Shown here piece by piece: positions 12,095 to 21,572 of a DNA stretch of 64,000 nt. The DNA is from an uncultured Chloroflexia bacterium. Its GTDB lineage: Bacteria; Chloroflexota; Ktedonobacteria; Ktedonobacterales; Ktedonobacteraceae. Both the position numbers and the translations under genes were made by a program. Where the stretch lies: positions 89,084 through 153,083 of the forward strand of contig CAVYMC010000005.1 of the NCBI GenBank assembly GCA_963769535.1. The letters run 5' to 3'. The notes beneath the pieces are model-generated. The model was not told where the DNA came from, did no database searches, and was given only the letters and a program-made list of their open reading frames with translations. Positions within the stretch are counted from its first letter, which is position 1, and every line of letters begins with the position of its first letter.

Positions 12095-12679
12095 TCATAG
12101 CCACTCCTTTTTCTCCGCCTTTGTCATGCTGCTTTTCTCGATGGCCTCCGCCAATGATTGCTTCCTGGCCGGTTGCTGCTGGCTTTCATGCGCGGCCTGG
12201 GCGGTCTGACGGCGATTGAGCGTAGGGACAGGCGAGCTGCTCAGCAGCAATGTGCTAAATTCCTCCGCGCTGACCTGGAAGAATTGCGCCAGGCGACCAA
12301 GCTGGCGTTCGCTCAGGCTGAGGAGGTCGATGACGCCATCCTCGAACTTTTTCCACACATCCGCGCCCAGGCGCAATCCGCGCGCGGCCTGGGTCAGGCT
12401 CAACCCTTTGCGGGCGCGCAGCGAGCGCAGATCGGCGGTAGCAAGCGGACTGCCGAACACTCGCTGCATAGCAGTCTGCGCGGCGCGTTCCGTCAGAGGC
12501 AGCAGAGCCTTGCTCTCAGCCGGAGCCGTTTCGGTTATGTGGTAGGTCGCGATGAAGTCGGTCAATTCGTCCTGCGCGTCCGGGTAGTCGCGCAGCAGCG
12601 CGATTTGCGCGGCTCTGTCGCCGCTATCTTCGGCAGCGAGCCAGGCCATTTTAATGTGTTGCAAGTCTATTGTATTCAT
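12095..12679 (-). CDS. helix-turn-helix (XRE-like) protein coupled to the upstream sigma factor; possible anti-sigma/regulator
   Basis: HTH 'GLSLTQAARGLRLGADVWKKFEDG'. ATG 12679 lies 1 nt after the sigma gene stop, with GGGAGGA upstream. Confidence 0.6.
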   Translation of the reverse strand: MNTIDLQHIKMAWLAAEDSGDRAAQIALLRDYPDAQDELTDFIATYHITETAPAESKALLPLTERAAQTAMQRVFGSPLATADLRSLRARKGLSLTQAARGLRLGADVWKKFEDGVIDLLSLSERQLGRLAQFFQVSAEEFSTLLLSSSPVPTLNRRQTAQAAHESQQQPARKQSLAEAIEKSSMTKAEKKEWL

Positions 12680-12680
12680 G

Positions 12681-13442
12681 CTACTTATCCTCCCGTCGGC
12701 TATGTTGTGGCGCTTTGCGAATAGTGGTTTGCTCTTCACTGACAAGTCGTATCTTCAATACGCTGCACGCTTTTTCGTAGCGCAGGCGAATGGTGCGTTC
12801 GTTGCGCTTACATGCCTGCGCGATCTCATCCCATTTCCAGGCCCGAAGCACGCGCAGCACCATAATCATGCGATCCAGCGGATCATCCAGCATATTCAGG
12901 ATGCGCAAACTTTCCTCGCGCGCGTGTAATTGATCATATTGGTCGAGCGGATCGGCCACATCGGCGGCAGGCGGCGCATCGCTATCCACAGGCATAGGCT
13001 GGAGTGGCTCCATCATCGAGCGCGGCACATGGTGCGGACGTCCGCCTGGCCGTCCTTCGCTATCGCGCCGGTAAAGCAGACCCTCCTGGCGCAACGTGCG
13101 CTTGAACTCATCAATGCAGAGCATACGCAGCGCGTGGATAAAGTTCTGGGTAATGAAGACTTCTTTGGGGTCCCGCGCCTCTCGCAGGAGACGCTCGACC
13201 ATGTTTGCCTCGGCCTCTTCGCGCAAATCTGGCCGGTGGCTCAGTCCCCTGGCGCAATGCTGGAACGTTGATTTGCTGCGCTCAACCAGCACCTCGCAAA
13301 GCATACGCGACCCATCCGTATTTCCGCTGTCATCGCACTCGCGAATAGCCAGCACCAGTTCAATTTCGCTGATCTCGTAGCGGCCCTCCGGCGTGCGCCG
13401 CCGCAGCCGCTCCTGTAACGTGGGGTCTTGCAGATTGATCAT
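12681..13442 (-). CDS. sigma-70 family (ECF-like) RNA polymerase sigma factor
   Basis: Region-4 HTH 'WKWDEIAQACKRNERTIRLRYEKACSVL'. Start 'MINLQDP' is preceded by GGGGGAGAG. The longer ORF-track start runs into repeat DNA. Confidence 0.7.
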   Translation of the reverse strand: MINLQDPTLQERLRRRTPEGRYEISEIELVLAIRECDDSGNTDGSRMLCEVLVERSKSTFQHCARGLSHRPDLREEAEANMVERLLREARDPKEVFITQNFIHALRMLCIDEFKRTLRQEGLLYRRDSEGRPGGRPHHVPRSMMEPLQPMPVDSDAPPAADVADPLDQYDQLHAREESLRILNMLDDPLDRMIMVLRVLRAWKWDEIAQACKRNERTIRLRYEKACSVLKIRLVSEEQTTIRKAPQHSRREDK

Positions 13443-13539
13443 ATCTCTCCCCCAAAATAGTATAAGTAATCCCGGGTTTCTTATTAGTGGTTCCAATAAC
13501 CTTATTCTTTTTACAGGATAAAAAGCGGAAATGGAGCCC

Positions 13540-13637
13540 GGGGCGACCACAAGGGTCTCGCCTGGCACCCCTGCCCTATACGAACGGCAAGACAAAAATA
13601 TGTGGTATTGTAGGGGCGACCCTTGCGGTCGCCCTGG
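13540..13637. repeat. family A GC-rich palindromic (REP/BIME-like) element, degenerate inverted pair
   Basis: 'gggcgaccacaagggtctcgcc' ... 'attgtaggggcgacccttgcggtcgccctgg'. It belongs to the same family as 15267-15384 and 34630-34793. Confidence 0.8.
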
Positions 13638-13953
13638 CTTCCAACAATGCTATATACTGTAATGTATCACAAGTGCCAGATTTTTTCTTGACGAGAGACT
13701 ATACAATGAAAGTAGGCAATACAAGATACATTTGTACCCCTCTCATGATACCAACGTTGCTTGCATGGATGTCAATCGTTCTATAGACTAGAAATGCGGG
13801 ACGCTCCGCAGGTTCAGTATTGTGCGAAAATAGGATCGCCAGGGGGAATTGGGCTACCTGCTCTCAGGTTTAGCTATTTCTGGCCGAAAATAAAAGAGAG
13901 AAATCCATAAATGTACTGCACTTTCAGGCTAACTAAAGGGAAGGGAATGAGAC

Positions 13954-15255
13954 GTGCTTGAAGTTTTACCAAAGATTGCGAAAATGCAGGCGTCATACGC
14001 GCTTGGCAAACCTCTTGCTCTTCCAATGAATCTCACCATCAGTGTGAGCTATCGCTGTAACTCTCGTTGTAAAACGTGCAATGTCTGGCAGCGCCCCAAC
14101 GATGATTTTACCATTGAAGAGTACGAAAAGACGTTTGAGTCTGTAGGGCATGCCGCCTACTGGTTCACCTTTAGTGGTGGCGAGCCGACACTGCGTAAAG
14201 ACCTGCCGGAAATGGTGGAAGCCGCCTACCGGCATTGCCGACCGGGCGTGATCAATATTCCCACCAACGGCATCCAGGATAAGATTATCCCGGAGCGCGT
14301 TGAGCGCGTGCTACAGGCGGCTCCCGGCTCTGAGGTGATTATCAACCTTTCGCTCGACGGCATAGGAGTCAAGCATGATATTGTGCGCGGCGTCAAAGGC
14401 AATTTTGAACGCTCCATGCGTACCTATGCCGGGCTGAAGGCGCTCAAAGGGCGCTACAAGAACTTCACATTGGGCGTGCATACCGTTATCTCCAATTTTA
14501 ACGTGGACGAGTTTGATGCCATCTACGCCTTCGTGCGCGATGAACTGAAGCCCGACTCTTTCATCAGCGAAATCGCCGAGGAGCGCGTCGAACTGGATAC
14601 CGTCGGCATGGGCATCACGCCGCCTATTCAGAAATACCAGCCCGTTATCGAACGCTTGCAAGAAGGCATTCACAAGGCCGAATTCGGCGATGTCACGCGC
14701 CTCACGCCGCGCATCACCCAGGCGTTCCGCGATCGCTACTACGACATCGTGAAGCGCACCTTGGTCGAGAAGCGGCAGATTATTCCCTGCCTGGCAGGTG
14801 TGGCCTCGGCGCAGATCGCGCCTAATGGTGACGTGTGGACGTGCTGCATTCGCGCCGAGTCGGTGGGCAACCTGCGCGAGCACAACTATGATTTCAGGTC
14901 GGTCTGGACAACATCCAAAGCCGACGAATTGCGCCGCAGCATCAAAGCGGGCGAGTGCTATTGCCCGCTGGCTAACGCCTCTTATACCAATATGTTGTGC
15001 CACGTTCCCACATTGACAAGCGTCGCGCTTGAGGTGGGGAAAGGCTCCGTCGCGAAAGTCTTTTCATCCGGTAATCGCGGCAAATCCGCCAAACTGCGCG
15101 AACTGCCTGTCATCAACGCGAGCGCCGAAGCATCCGCGCACAATGGTAATGGAGTGAAAGCGCGCGCGTTGCCCGTTATCAATGTCGTGGATGGCTCGCC
15201 CATCTCGAACAGCAACGGTCATGCATCGGATGATAGCGTAGAGGCGACAGCATAA
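13954..15255 (+). CDS. radical SAM enzyme with C-terminal SPASM-like Cys cluster
   Basis: 'SVSYRCNSRCKTCNVW' (CxxxCxxC), 'FSGGEPTL', and the C-terminal cluster 'CLAGV...WTCC...CYCPLAN'. A GTG start is preceded by GGGAAGGGA. Confidence 0.85.
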   Translation: MLEVLPKIAKMQASYALGKPLALPMNLTISVSYRCNSRCKTCNVWQRPNDDFTIEEYEKTFESVGHAAYWFTFSGGEPTLRKDLPEMVEAAYRHCRPGVINIPTNGIQDKIIPERVERVLQAAPGSEVIINLSLDGIGVKHDIVRGVKGNFERSMRTYAGLKALKGRYKNFTLGVHTVISNFNVDEFDAIYAFVRDELKPDSFISEIAEERVELDTVGMGITPPIQKYQPVIERLQEGIHKAEFGDVTRLTPRITQAFRDRYYDIVKRTLVEKRQIIPCLAGVASAQIAPNGDVWTCCIRAESVGNLREHNYDFRSVWTTSKADELRRSIKAGECYCPLANASYTNMLCHVPTLTSVALEVGKGSVAKVFSSGNRGKSAKLRELPVINASAEASAHNGNGVKARALPVINVVDGSPISNSNGHASDDSVEATA

Positions 15256-15266
15256 AAAAGAGAGGG

Positions 15267-15384
15267 CCAGATTGCCAGGGCGACGGGCCAGGGCGACCGC
15301 GAGGGTCGCCCGTACAATACACGAGTGACCAGGCAAAGCCGTAGTATTGTACGGGCGACCCTCGCGGTCGCCCTGGCAATCTGG
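15267..15384. repeat. family A palindromic element (inverted pair), probably acting as a bidirectional terminator
   Basis: 'ccagattgccagggcgac..ccagggcgaccgcgagggtcgcccgtacaat' faces 'attgtacgggcgaccctcgcggtcgccctggcaatctgg'. It lies between convergent genes ending at 15255 (+) and 15397 (-). Confidence 0.85.
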
Positions 15385-15396
15385 TCATGTACCTTT

Positions 15397-15735
15397 TTAT
15401 TCCTTGTTGCGCATAGGTGAGATTGCGCGTAGTTGGGGATTGGTTTCTTGCAGGAAAGCGCGGCGCAACTGTTCGATTTCTTGCCGCAGTTCAGCGATCT
15501 CTTCAAGATGTAGTTGTTCGTAGGCCACGAGGCGTTGTTGTAGAAGCAACAGTTGATAGGCAAAACTTTCCTGGTCCACAGGTAATGGCTGATCTCCAAC
15601 TTCTAAGGTTGGCGAAGCCTGCCAGTCTTCCGAAGCCTGCTCTTCAGTGTTTGACGAGCGAACGTATCGTTTCTGATGGGCTGTGACGCGAGAAGACTTT
15701 TCCGGGAAGTCTCCGTGCTTGTCTCTCCTGTGCAT
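15397..15735 (-). CDS. hypothetical coiled-coil protein
   Basis: 112-aa ORF with the heptad-like segment 'LLLLQQRLVAYEQLHLEEIAELRQEIEQLRRAFL'. I recognise no family. Confidence 0.45.
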   Translation of the reverse strand: MHRRDKHGDFPEKSSRVTAHQKRYVRSSNTEEQASEDWQASPTLEVGDQPLPVDQESFAYQLLLLQQRLVAYEQLHLEEIAELRQEIEQLRRAFLQETNPQLRAISPMRNKE

Positions 15736-16038
15736 AAATACCTTCTCCTGCTGCGTAATCCACCTCCGCCCTCAGCATATTATCCTGTATTTCTCTGTGT
15801 GGTGCATACTCCAACCGTATCTTGATAGCTATTCATTCGTATCAATGATCAGGTTAGCCGCTTGCTTGTTCTCTAGGAAGAATATCCTATAAACATGAAG
15901 GAGAGATGAAATGTGGCGGCAAATAGTGTTTAATGGATGAGAGCAATGGGACGATGTATCTAAATGGGACTATTGCTCTTTGTTGGGCCTAGCCCGTGTT
16001 GCATGACGATGAGCCGAACTTTACATGATGGAGTCAAA

Positions 16039-16833
16039 ATGTCATCTGCGTTTTTCCCGTCTCAATATGCCGCTAGCTCGCAATCTTCGGCATCCAACCT
16101 TGAGCGCGTACATGAGGAGTCAGCAAACACTCCAGATGGCGCAATGCAGGTGGGAGCTTCTGCACCTGCCGGGTGCGGTTCTACGGGACAGACCGTCATT
16201 CGCGTACTGGTCGTGGACGACCATGAGCTTATCCGGCGAGGGTTAAGCGCTGTGCTGGGCGAGCAGGAAGACTTTCAGGTAGTAGGCCAGGCGGGAACGG
16301 GCAGCATGGCGGTAATGCTGGCAAAACAATTGCAGCCGGATATTGTCTTGCTCGATATCTTCCTGGGCAATGCCAATGGGCTTGATGTAGCGCAGCAATT
16401 GCAACGCGCTTGCCCGGATACCCGCGTTGTGATTGTGACGGGCTATGCTGCTGATGATCATATGCTGCGCGCTATGCGTATCGGTGTGTATGGCTACCTG
16501 CAAAAGACGCTGCCCACCGCTGAGTTGCTGGCGGCGTTGCGCTCGGTCTACCGGGGAGAGCGCGTGATTGGTGAAGCCCGCGCTATCACGCGCGTCCTGA
16601 GCGAATATGAGCGGCTCACGAAAGAGCAAGAGCGCGTGCGTTCAGGGCTGAACGATCTTGAAATTGAGCTTGTCCGGTTGGTAGCCGAGGGATGCAGCAA
16701 CAAGGAGATAGCTGCGCGCCAGTTCTGGAGTGAAGTGACCGTCAAACGCAAAATGCAGGATATTTACCGTAAGTTGCAGGTGACGGACCGGGCGCAGGCG
16801 GTAGCCGAAGCTATGCGTATGGGCCTTATATAA
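16039..16833 (+). CDS. NarL/FixJ (LuxR-type) response regulator, no adjacent kinase
   Basis: Receiver 'IRVLVVDDHELIRRGL ... DIVLLDI', and LuxR HTH 'EIELVRLVAEGCSNKEIAARQFWSEVTVKRKMQDIYRKLQV'. ATG 16039 is preceded by GGAG. Confidence 0.85.
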   Translation: MSSAFFPSQYAASSQSSASNLERVHEESANTPDGAMQVGASAPAGCGSTGQTVIRVLVVDDHELIRRGLSAVLGEQEDFQVVGQAGTGSMAVMLAKQLQPDIVLLDIFLGNANGLDVAQQLQRACPDTRVVIVTGYAADDHMLRAMRIGVYGYLQKTLPTAELLAALRSVYRGERVIGEARAITRVLSEYERLTKEQERVRSGLNDLEIELVRLVAEGCSNKEIAARQFWSEVTVKRKMQDIYRKLQVTDRAQAVAEAMRMGLI

Positions 16834-16901
16834 TACAATTGTTAGGTATGTAGGGATGCGATGCATACATCGTAGTTATGAACTAAAAGGGGGCAATTAC
16901 C

Positions 16902-17177
16902 ATGACAGTTTGTCCACAGTGTGGAGCCGAAAACGAAGATGATATCAAGAATTGTAAATCGTGCCGCGTCAACATGTACTGGGCTTTCCAGCACTACTCG
17001 GAACTCGCATCGCTGCGCGAATCCAACGAGTTGCCGCCGCGACCTCAGTCGGCCACCTTTCTCGTAGAGACGAGTAAGAAAATCGACGATGGCCCGACGG
17101 CTGGCTGGCTGCGCACTACCATCAAAAAGTTCGGCTTCAAGGGAGCAGGAAAGAAAGTCTCGACTACTGCTGAATAA
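16902..17177 (+). CDS. small zinc-ribbon protein
   Basis: 'CPQCGAENEDDIKNCKSC' at the N-terminus; 91 aa. Confidence 0.55.
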   Translation: MTVCPQCGAENEDDIKNCKSCRVNMYWAFQHYSELASLRESNELPPRPQSATFLVETSKKIDDGPTAGWLRTTIKKFGFKGAGKKVSTTAE

Positions 17178-17200
17178 TTTGGCAAAGTGGCGCGCAATTA

Positions 17201-17227
17201 CCAGGGCGGGGCTTGCCCCCGCCCTGG
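17201..17227. terminator. GC-rich palindrome (family B-like) between convergent genes
   Basis: ccagggcgggg-cttg-cccccgccctgg, between the stop at 17177 (+) and the stop at 17270 (-). Confidence 0.7.
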
Positions 17228-17269
17228 TTAATGCCGGCTGACCGCTTTGCATTGCCCGTTTCTGTAAAT

Positions 17270-18310
17270 TTAGCGAGCAGCTCCGGCCAGGGGCGCGTTC
17301 TGGCTGGCCTGCGTGACGGCTACCTCGTTCATGCCGCCAGCGTTGAACCATTCGGCGGCCAGTTTGATGCCGGTGCGCAGGTCCACCTGTGGTTCGAAGC
17401 CCAGTTCGCGGCGCGCCTTCTCTACGCTGTGCATGTTGTCACTGCCAAACATCAACGCGCCAAGTTGCGTCACAATAGGCTTGGTGCGTGTGATGCGCGC
17501 AACCACTCTCTCCGCCACGATGCTGCCGTAGTAGATGGGCATATAGGGCAGGTGGCGAGTTGGGCGCACGCCCCCAACCGCGTCCGCGATGGCGTCGAAC
17601 ATCTCTTGCTGCGTCAGGGGACGGTCATTGGTGATGTTGTAGACGTTGCCGGGCGCGTTCTTATGATAGGCCGCCAGCATGAAGCCATCCACCACGTCGG
17701 TAACATAGCAGAAAGGCAGGTGATTATTGCCGCGACCAACAATCAGTCCCTTGCCATCTTTAACTTTTTGCGCCATACGCCCGAAGTGCAGGCGATCTCC
17801 TGGCCCGAAAAATGTGCCGGGGCGCAGGATAACCGTTTCCACCGGGCTGTTGAGCATCAAGCGGCGCATCATGCGGTCGCCTTCGGCTTTGGTGATGCTG
17901 TATGGATCGGGGTCGGGACGCAGTGGATCGTTTTCGGTCATGAAACGACCATAGCCCAGACCATACACCGTATGCGAACTGGTATGCACGAAACGGCGCA
18001 CTCCGGCTTTTTGCGCCGCCATGTACAGGTTTTCAGAGCCGTTGACATTCACCAGGCGATAGTCAGCCAGTGGCCGCCAGACACCCATCATACCCGCCAG
18101 GTGGAAAATAAGCTCGACATCTTTCACGGCGGGCGCCAGTGTGCTCGCGTCGGTAATATCTCCCCGCACCACCTCAACCCCTTGTTTCACCAGTTTATCC
18201 GCATTTTCAATGGGCAGCACCAGCGCGCGTATGTCCTCGCCGCGCTGCTGCAATTGTTTAATCAGGTGTCCACCTAGCAATCCGGTGGCGCCTGTGATGA
18301 GTACGCGCAT
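17270..18310 (-). CDS. NAD-dependent epimerase/dehydratase (extended SDR) family protein
   Basis: 'MRVLITGATGLLGGHL' Rossmann motif and catalytic 'YSITK'. Confidence 0.85.
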   Translation of the reverse strand: MRVLITGATGLLGGHLIKQLQQRGEDIRALVLPIENADKLVKQGVEVVRGDITDASTLAPAVKDVELIFHLAGMMGVWRPLADYRLVNVNGSENLYMAAQKAGVRRFVHTSSHTVYGLGYGRFMTENDPLRPDPDPYSITKAEGDRMMRRLMLNSPVETVILRPGTFFGPGDRLHFGRMAQKVKDGKGLIVGRGNNHLPFCYVTDVVDGFMLAAYHKNAPGNVYNITNDRPLTQQEMFDAIADAVGGVRPTRHLPYMPIYYGSIVAERVVARITRTKPIVTQLGALMFGSDNMHSVEKARRELGFEPQVDLRTGIKLAAEWFNAGGMNEVAVTQASQNAPLAGAAR

Positions 18311-18500
18311 GTATCATCCTTCCCTAAGATAATAGATAGTCTTCTCAAGTTCAGTTCGTAGAAGGACAAAAGTGTCCTTTACCCCTATTATGTAACGAGC
18401 GTGGGCTGGCGAATAGGGACGAACGGCCCTGAAGTACCAGTCCACCTGGTCTAAACGTGCTAAAATATGCACAGGAAACACATTTTAGGAGAGTATAGAC

Positions 18501-18707
18501 ATGGATCAGGCTAAACAACTGGAAACAATCCCGGAGAAAACGCTCCAGCATTCCAAACTTCCCCCACTTCCCCACTGGCCCACCTCTAAACGCGGCCCAA
18601 TGGTAACAGAACCGCCTCCAGGCACCAAACGTATGCCCTTGCGTTCAGAACAGGTCGTCGAGACCAACTATGACCAGGAACAGGGCAAGAAACGCGACGA
18701 CGAGTAG
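18501..18707 (+). CDS. small hypothetical protein (Pro/charged-rich)
   Basis: 68-aa ORF preceded by AGGAGAG about 8 nt upstream. No recognisable family. Confidence 0.35.
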   Translation: MDQAKQLETIPEKTLQHSKLPPLPHWPTSKRGPMVTEPPPGTKRMPLRSEQVVETNYDQEQGKKRDDE

Positions 18708-18989
18708 GGGCGCGATACTAAATTTTGTGCCACTGTGTATATTTGTAAAAGAGCGCTGTAACAGGCGCTACTATCCATTTACGCTGTTGAATGGAGGTAG
18801 TTCATTGTACCTTTTAAACTGCGTAGTGGAAGAAAACAAGCTTGCGGGTGTTGCAATCTCAGTCGGTTGCAAGTTGTCTAGCAAAGGAAGGAAATATTGC
18901 AAATACACCATCAAGCCTGGAAGAACTTTGGTAAACCATTAAATAAGTGGATAGCTGATAGCTTCCGGCGGTATACACTGGTAGGAGTG

Positions 18990-19637
18990 ATGCGGTGCAT
19001 CGTTGTGATGCTAACCCTGCTCGTTCTGGGAACGACTTTAGGCTTTGATAGCGGAAATGCGGAGGCGCAAACTTTTTGTCCGCGAGGAGCCATATCATAT
19101 GTTGTGGCGCATGGCGATACTTTGAGCGCGATAGCATCGCGCTATAGAGTTAGTTGGAGACGCCTGGCCTCTGATAATCGTCTCACTAACCCCAACCGTA
19201 TATACAGAGGGCAGCTCATCTGCATCTTCCAGGTGAATGGCTACATCCGGCAGATCAATAAGCAGCATGACCCTCGCCCTCCCGCAGGATCGAGAAATGT
19301 CTTCCCCTATGGAGCCTGTACCTGGTGGGCCGATCAACGCTATTTCCAGTTGCACGGCATATTTGTTCCCTGGAAAATGCAGGCCAACGCCTGGCAGTGG
19401 GTGGCGCGCGCCTATCAATTCGGCTGGCGCGTCTCCTCCAGTCCCTCGCTCGGAGCCATCGTTGTGCTCCAACCCTGGGTCGAGGGCGCCTATGGGCTGG
19501 GCCATGTAGCGGTCGTGGAGCGGATACTCAAAAATGGTCATGTCATTGCTAGCAACATGAGCTGGGGAGGCAATCCCCTGCGCATCACCGACGTTCAATT
19601 CGCTCCGGGACCAGGGGTGAGGTTCGTCAGCCAGTGA
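18990..19637 (+). CDS. secreted LysM + CHAP-domain peptidoglycan hydrolase
   Basis: Signal peptide 'MRCIVVMLTLLVLGTTLG', LysM 'YVVAHGDTLSAIASRYRVSWRRLASDN', and CHAP 'GACTWWADQRY...GLGHVAVVERI'. Confidence 0.85.
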   Translation: MRCIVVMLTLLVLGTTLGFDSGNAEAQTFCPRGAISYVVAHGDTLSAIASRYRVSWRRLASDNRLTNPNRIYRGQLICIFQVNGYIRQINKQHDPRPPAGSRNVFPYGACTWWADQRYFQLHGIFVPWKMQANAWQWVARAYQFGWRVSSSPSLGAIVVLQPWVEGAYGLGHVAVVERILKNGHVIASNMSWGGNPLRITDVQFAPGPGVRFVSQ

Positions 19638-19716
19638 TTGGCTGGCATTTACCTGTCTCGGAAATGAAAATCATGTTCTGCTAAAGAACATTTTGGACAC
19701 ATCATTCGCAAGCGTA

Positions 19717-19744
19717 GGGGCGATTCTCACATGAGAATCGCCCC
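19717..19744 (+). terminator. perfect 13-bp hairpin after the LysM-CHAP gene
   Basis: ggggcgattctca-ca-tgagaatcgcccc followed by AT-rich sequence. It overlaps the ORF-track start (19731) of the next gene. Confidence 0.55.
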
Positions 19745-20285
19745 TATTATATGTATTGCTGCAAATTTGCAAAATGTCTTTACAATTACGCTTCCTGCAA
19801 AGAAAACGGCCCTTCCCATTACAAATACGCCTGTTCACACTACGCCGGTAGTGAATCCACCTGTGCGGAGTACGCCAATGGCGAATCCACCCACTCGTAC
19901 GGGTACGCCAACACCGGTACCGTCAGGCCCGAATCCAGGCGTCAATGTCTTCCCCTACCCCTCCTGCACCTGGTGGGCCGACCAGCGTTACTATCAGCTT
20001 CACGGCGTATTTGTGCCCTGGCACACGCAGGCCAACGCCTGGGAATGGACGGCTCGCGCCTACCAGTACGGCTGGCATGTCTCCAGCTCTCCGGTCATTG
20101 GAGCAATCATCAACCTGCAACCAGGGGTGCAGGGCGCAGGCGGCCTGGGACATGTCGCTGTTGTCGAGAGGATTCTTAGCAACGGCCATGTCATCGCCAG
20201 CAACATGAGCTGGGGTGCCTATCCCTCATCCGTCACGGATGTTGAGTTCACCCCCGGCTCCAGCGTGACGTTTATCTGGCGATAG
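19731..20285 (+). CDS. CHAP-domain peptidoglycan hydrolase paralog (start uncertain, Pro/Thr-rich linker, no LysM)
   Basis: 'PSCTWWADQRYYQLHGVFVPW...GLGHVAVVERILSNGHVIASNMSWG' is nearly identical in pattern to the upstream gene. The N-terminus overlaps a hairpin, so the true start is unclear. Confidence 0.7.
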   Translation: MRIAPIICIAANLQNVFTITLPAKKTALPITNTPVHTTPVVNPPVRSTPMANPPTRTGTPTPVPSGPNPGVNVFPYPSCTWWADQRYYQLHGVFVPWHTQANAWEWTARAYQYGWHVSSSPVIGAIINLQPGVQGAGGLGHVAVVERILSNGHVIASNMSWGAYPSSVTDVEFTPGSSVTFIWR

Positions 20286-20353
20286 CCTCGCGCAATGCAA
20301 GCGCCAGGATGTTGTTCGCGATGCGAGCAAATGAAGACCTGGTGATTTATAAT

Positions 20354-20389
20354 AAGGCCATCCACTACATAAAGTGGATGGCCTTTTGT
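20354..20389 (+). terminator. rho-independent terminator
   Basis: aaggccatccact-acataa-agtggatggcctt followed by ttgt. Confidence 0.8.
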
Positions 20390-20540
20390 CTGTCTAATAC
20401 GAACAGTATGTCTTGCCACGCCGGGGTGTGCCGTTAAAACCCTTGATCGTCTGGTATCTCCAGTGGAGCATGAAAAAAAGAATTGCGTGACCTGCAAGCC
20501 GTCATCCTGAAACGAGCAGCTAAAGTACAATCAACGAACA

Positions 20541-21248
20541 ATGACCGGGAATGAAAACATGACGAACACGATACCCCAGCAGTTTAACGAGGCATTCCTC
20601 CTCTGGTTTCGCGACCGGACTGAAGATACGTGGCGGAATTATCGGACGAGGACATTCGAGGAGTTCGTAGCTTCGCGAGTGGGCGGACGCGACTGGCAGC
20701 AGGGAACACGCTGGCTCAAAGGGTTGGATGAACAGAGAATCGCTGCCATCGAGCAACAGTATCAATTGTGTTTTCCTCCTGATTATCGCCTCTTTCTCAA
20801 CATGTTGCACAGCGTAGACCGGCCATTGGTAAGTGCGAAATATAGCAATGACAGGCATATGATCCCCCTGACCGCGCCATCATTCTACAACTGGCAAACG
20901 GATACCGAGGCGATTCGGAAAGCTTGTGAGTGGCTTGTCGAAGGATTATTTTTCGATGTCCAACATAATAACCTGTGGCCGCAGAGTTGGGGAGCGAAAC
21001 CCACAGAGATAGACGTGCAAGAAGCTCGTGTGCGAGCATTAGTACACGCTGCACCCAGATTGCTTCCGATTTTCGGGCATCGCTACCTGCTTGCAGAGCC
21101 ATGCGAGGCGGGGAACCCGGTTCTATCCATCTGGCAGTCAGATATGATTGTCTACGGTGTTGACCTGTACCACTACTTTCTGACGGAATTCGGGAAACTG
21201 ATCGGAGTGGGTAGAGAGGATCTCCAGCGCCTGAAATCTTGTCAATGA
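20541..21248 (+). CDS. SMI1/KNR4 (SUKH-1) family protein
   Basis: 'IAAIEQQYQLCFPPDYRLFLNMLH' matches the SUKH/SMI1_KNR4 signature. TACAAT lies 10 nt before the ATG, so the mRNA may be leaderless. Confidence 0.6.
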   Translation: MTGNENMTNTIPQQFNEAFLLWFRDRTEDTWRNYRTRTFEEFVASRVGGRDWQQGTRWLKGLDEQRIAAIEQQYQLCFPPDYRLFLNMLHSVDRPLVSAKYSNDRHMIPLTAPSFYNWQTDTEAIRKACEWLVEGLFFDVQHNNLWPQSWGAKPTEIDVQEARVRALVHAAPRLLPIFGHRYLLAEPCEAGNPVLSIWQSDMIVYGVDLYHYFLTEFGKLIGVGREDLQRLKSCQ

Positions 21249-21353
21249 CCAGGAAGAACATGTGAAGCAGGAAATGTACCGGACGCTTCCTTTCTGGGGA
21301 GAGTTATTGTCTTAGAACGGTATGTAAAGTGGGCAAAAGATTACGAGTTATAG

Positions 21354-21426
21354 CGTCGATGGGGAGACTCAAACTCCCGGCCTGCGGTTTAGGAAACCGA
21401 TGCTCTATCCACTGAGCTACACCGAC
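21354..21426 (-). tRNA. tRNA-Arg (anticodon CCU)
   Basis: Cloverleaf folded by hand: acceptor gtcggtg/catcgac, D arm gctc/gagc, anticodon loop ttCCTaa, T arm gggag-tttgagt-ctccc. No encoded CCA. Confidence 0.85.
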
Positions 21427-21572
21427 ATGCTGTTCTCACGCCGCTAGTATAGCACGCCCCCACATGTGTGACAAGGGCAATTTCGCCGTATCATGTTGTC
21501 TTGTCCGTAGGACGTTTGTGCGGTTGGATAAACCGTGCTATACTTTCCCCAGTGCATTAAGGAAGGGACTGT

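Noticed and set aside
15179-15388. ORFs running through repeat elements (15179..15388, 15064..15336, 34534..34813, 41973..42278, 51081..51468, 51255..51518).
   Set aside because: Their 'proteins' ('GRPSRSPWP', 'VRATLAVAL', 'FPHSVDKIHQDGRD') are just translations of the palindromic repeat units in either orientation.
18710-18989. Riboswitch upstream of the LysM-CHAP hydrolase (cyclic-di-AMP/ydaO-type), and a B12 riboswitch upstream of the mutase (53254-53372).
   Set aside because: I could not find the conserved core motifs by eye. The mutase leader is only about 120 nt, which is too short for a cobalamin riboswitch. A covariance-model scan would be needed to revisit this.
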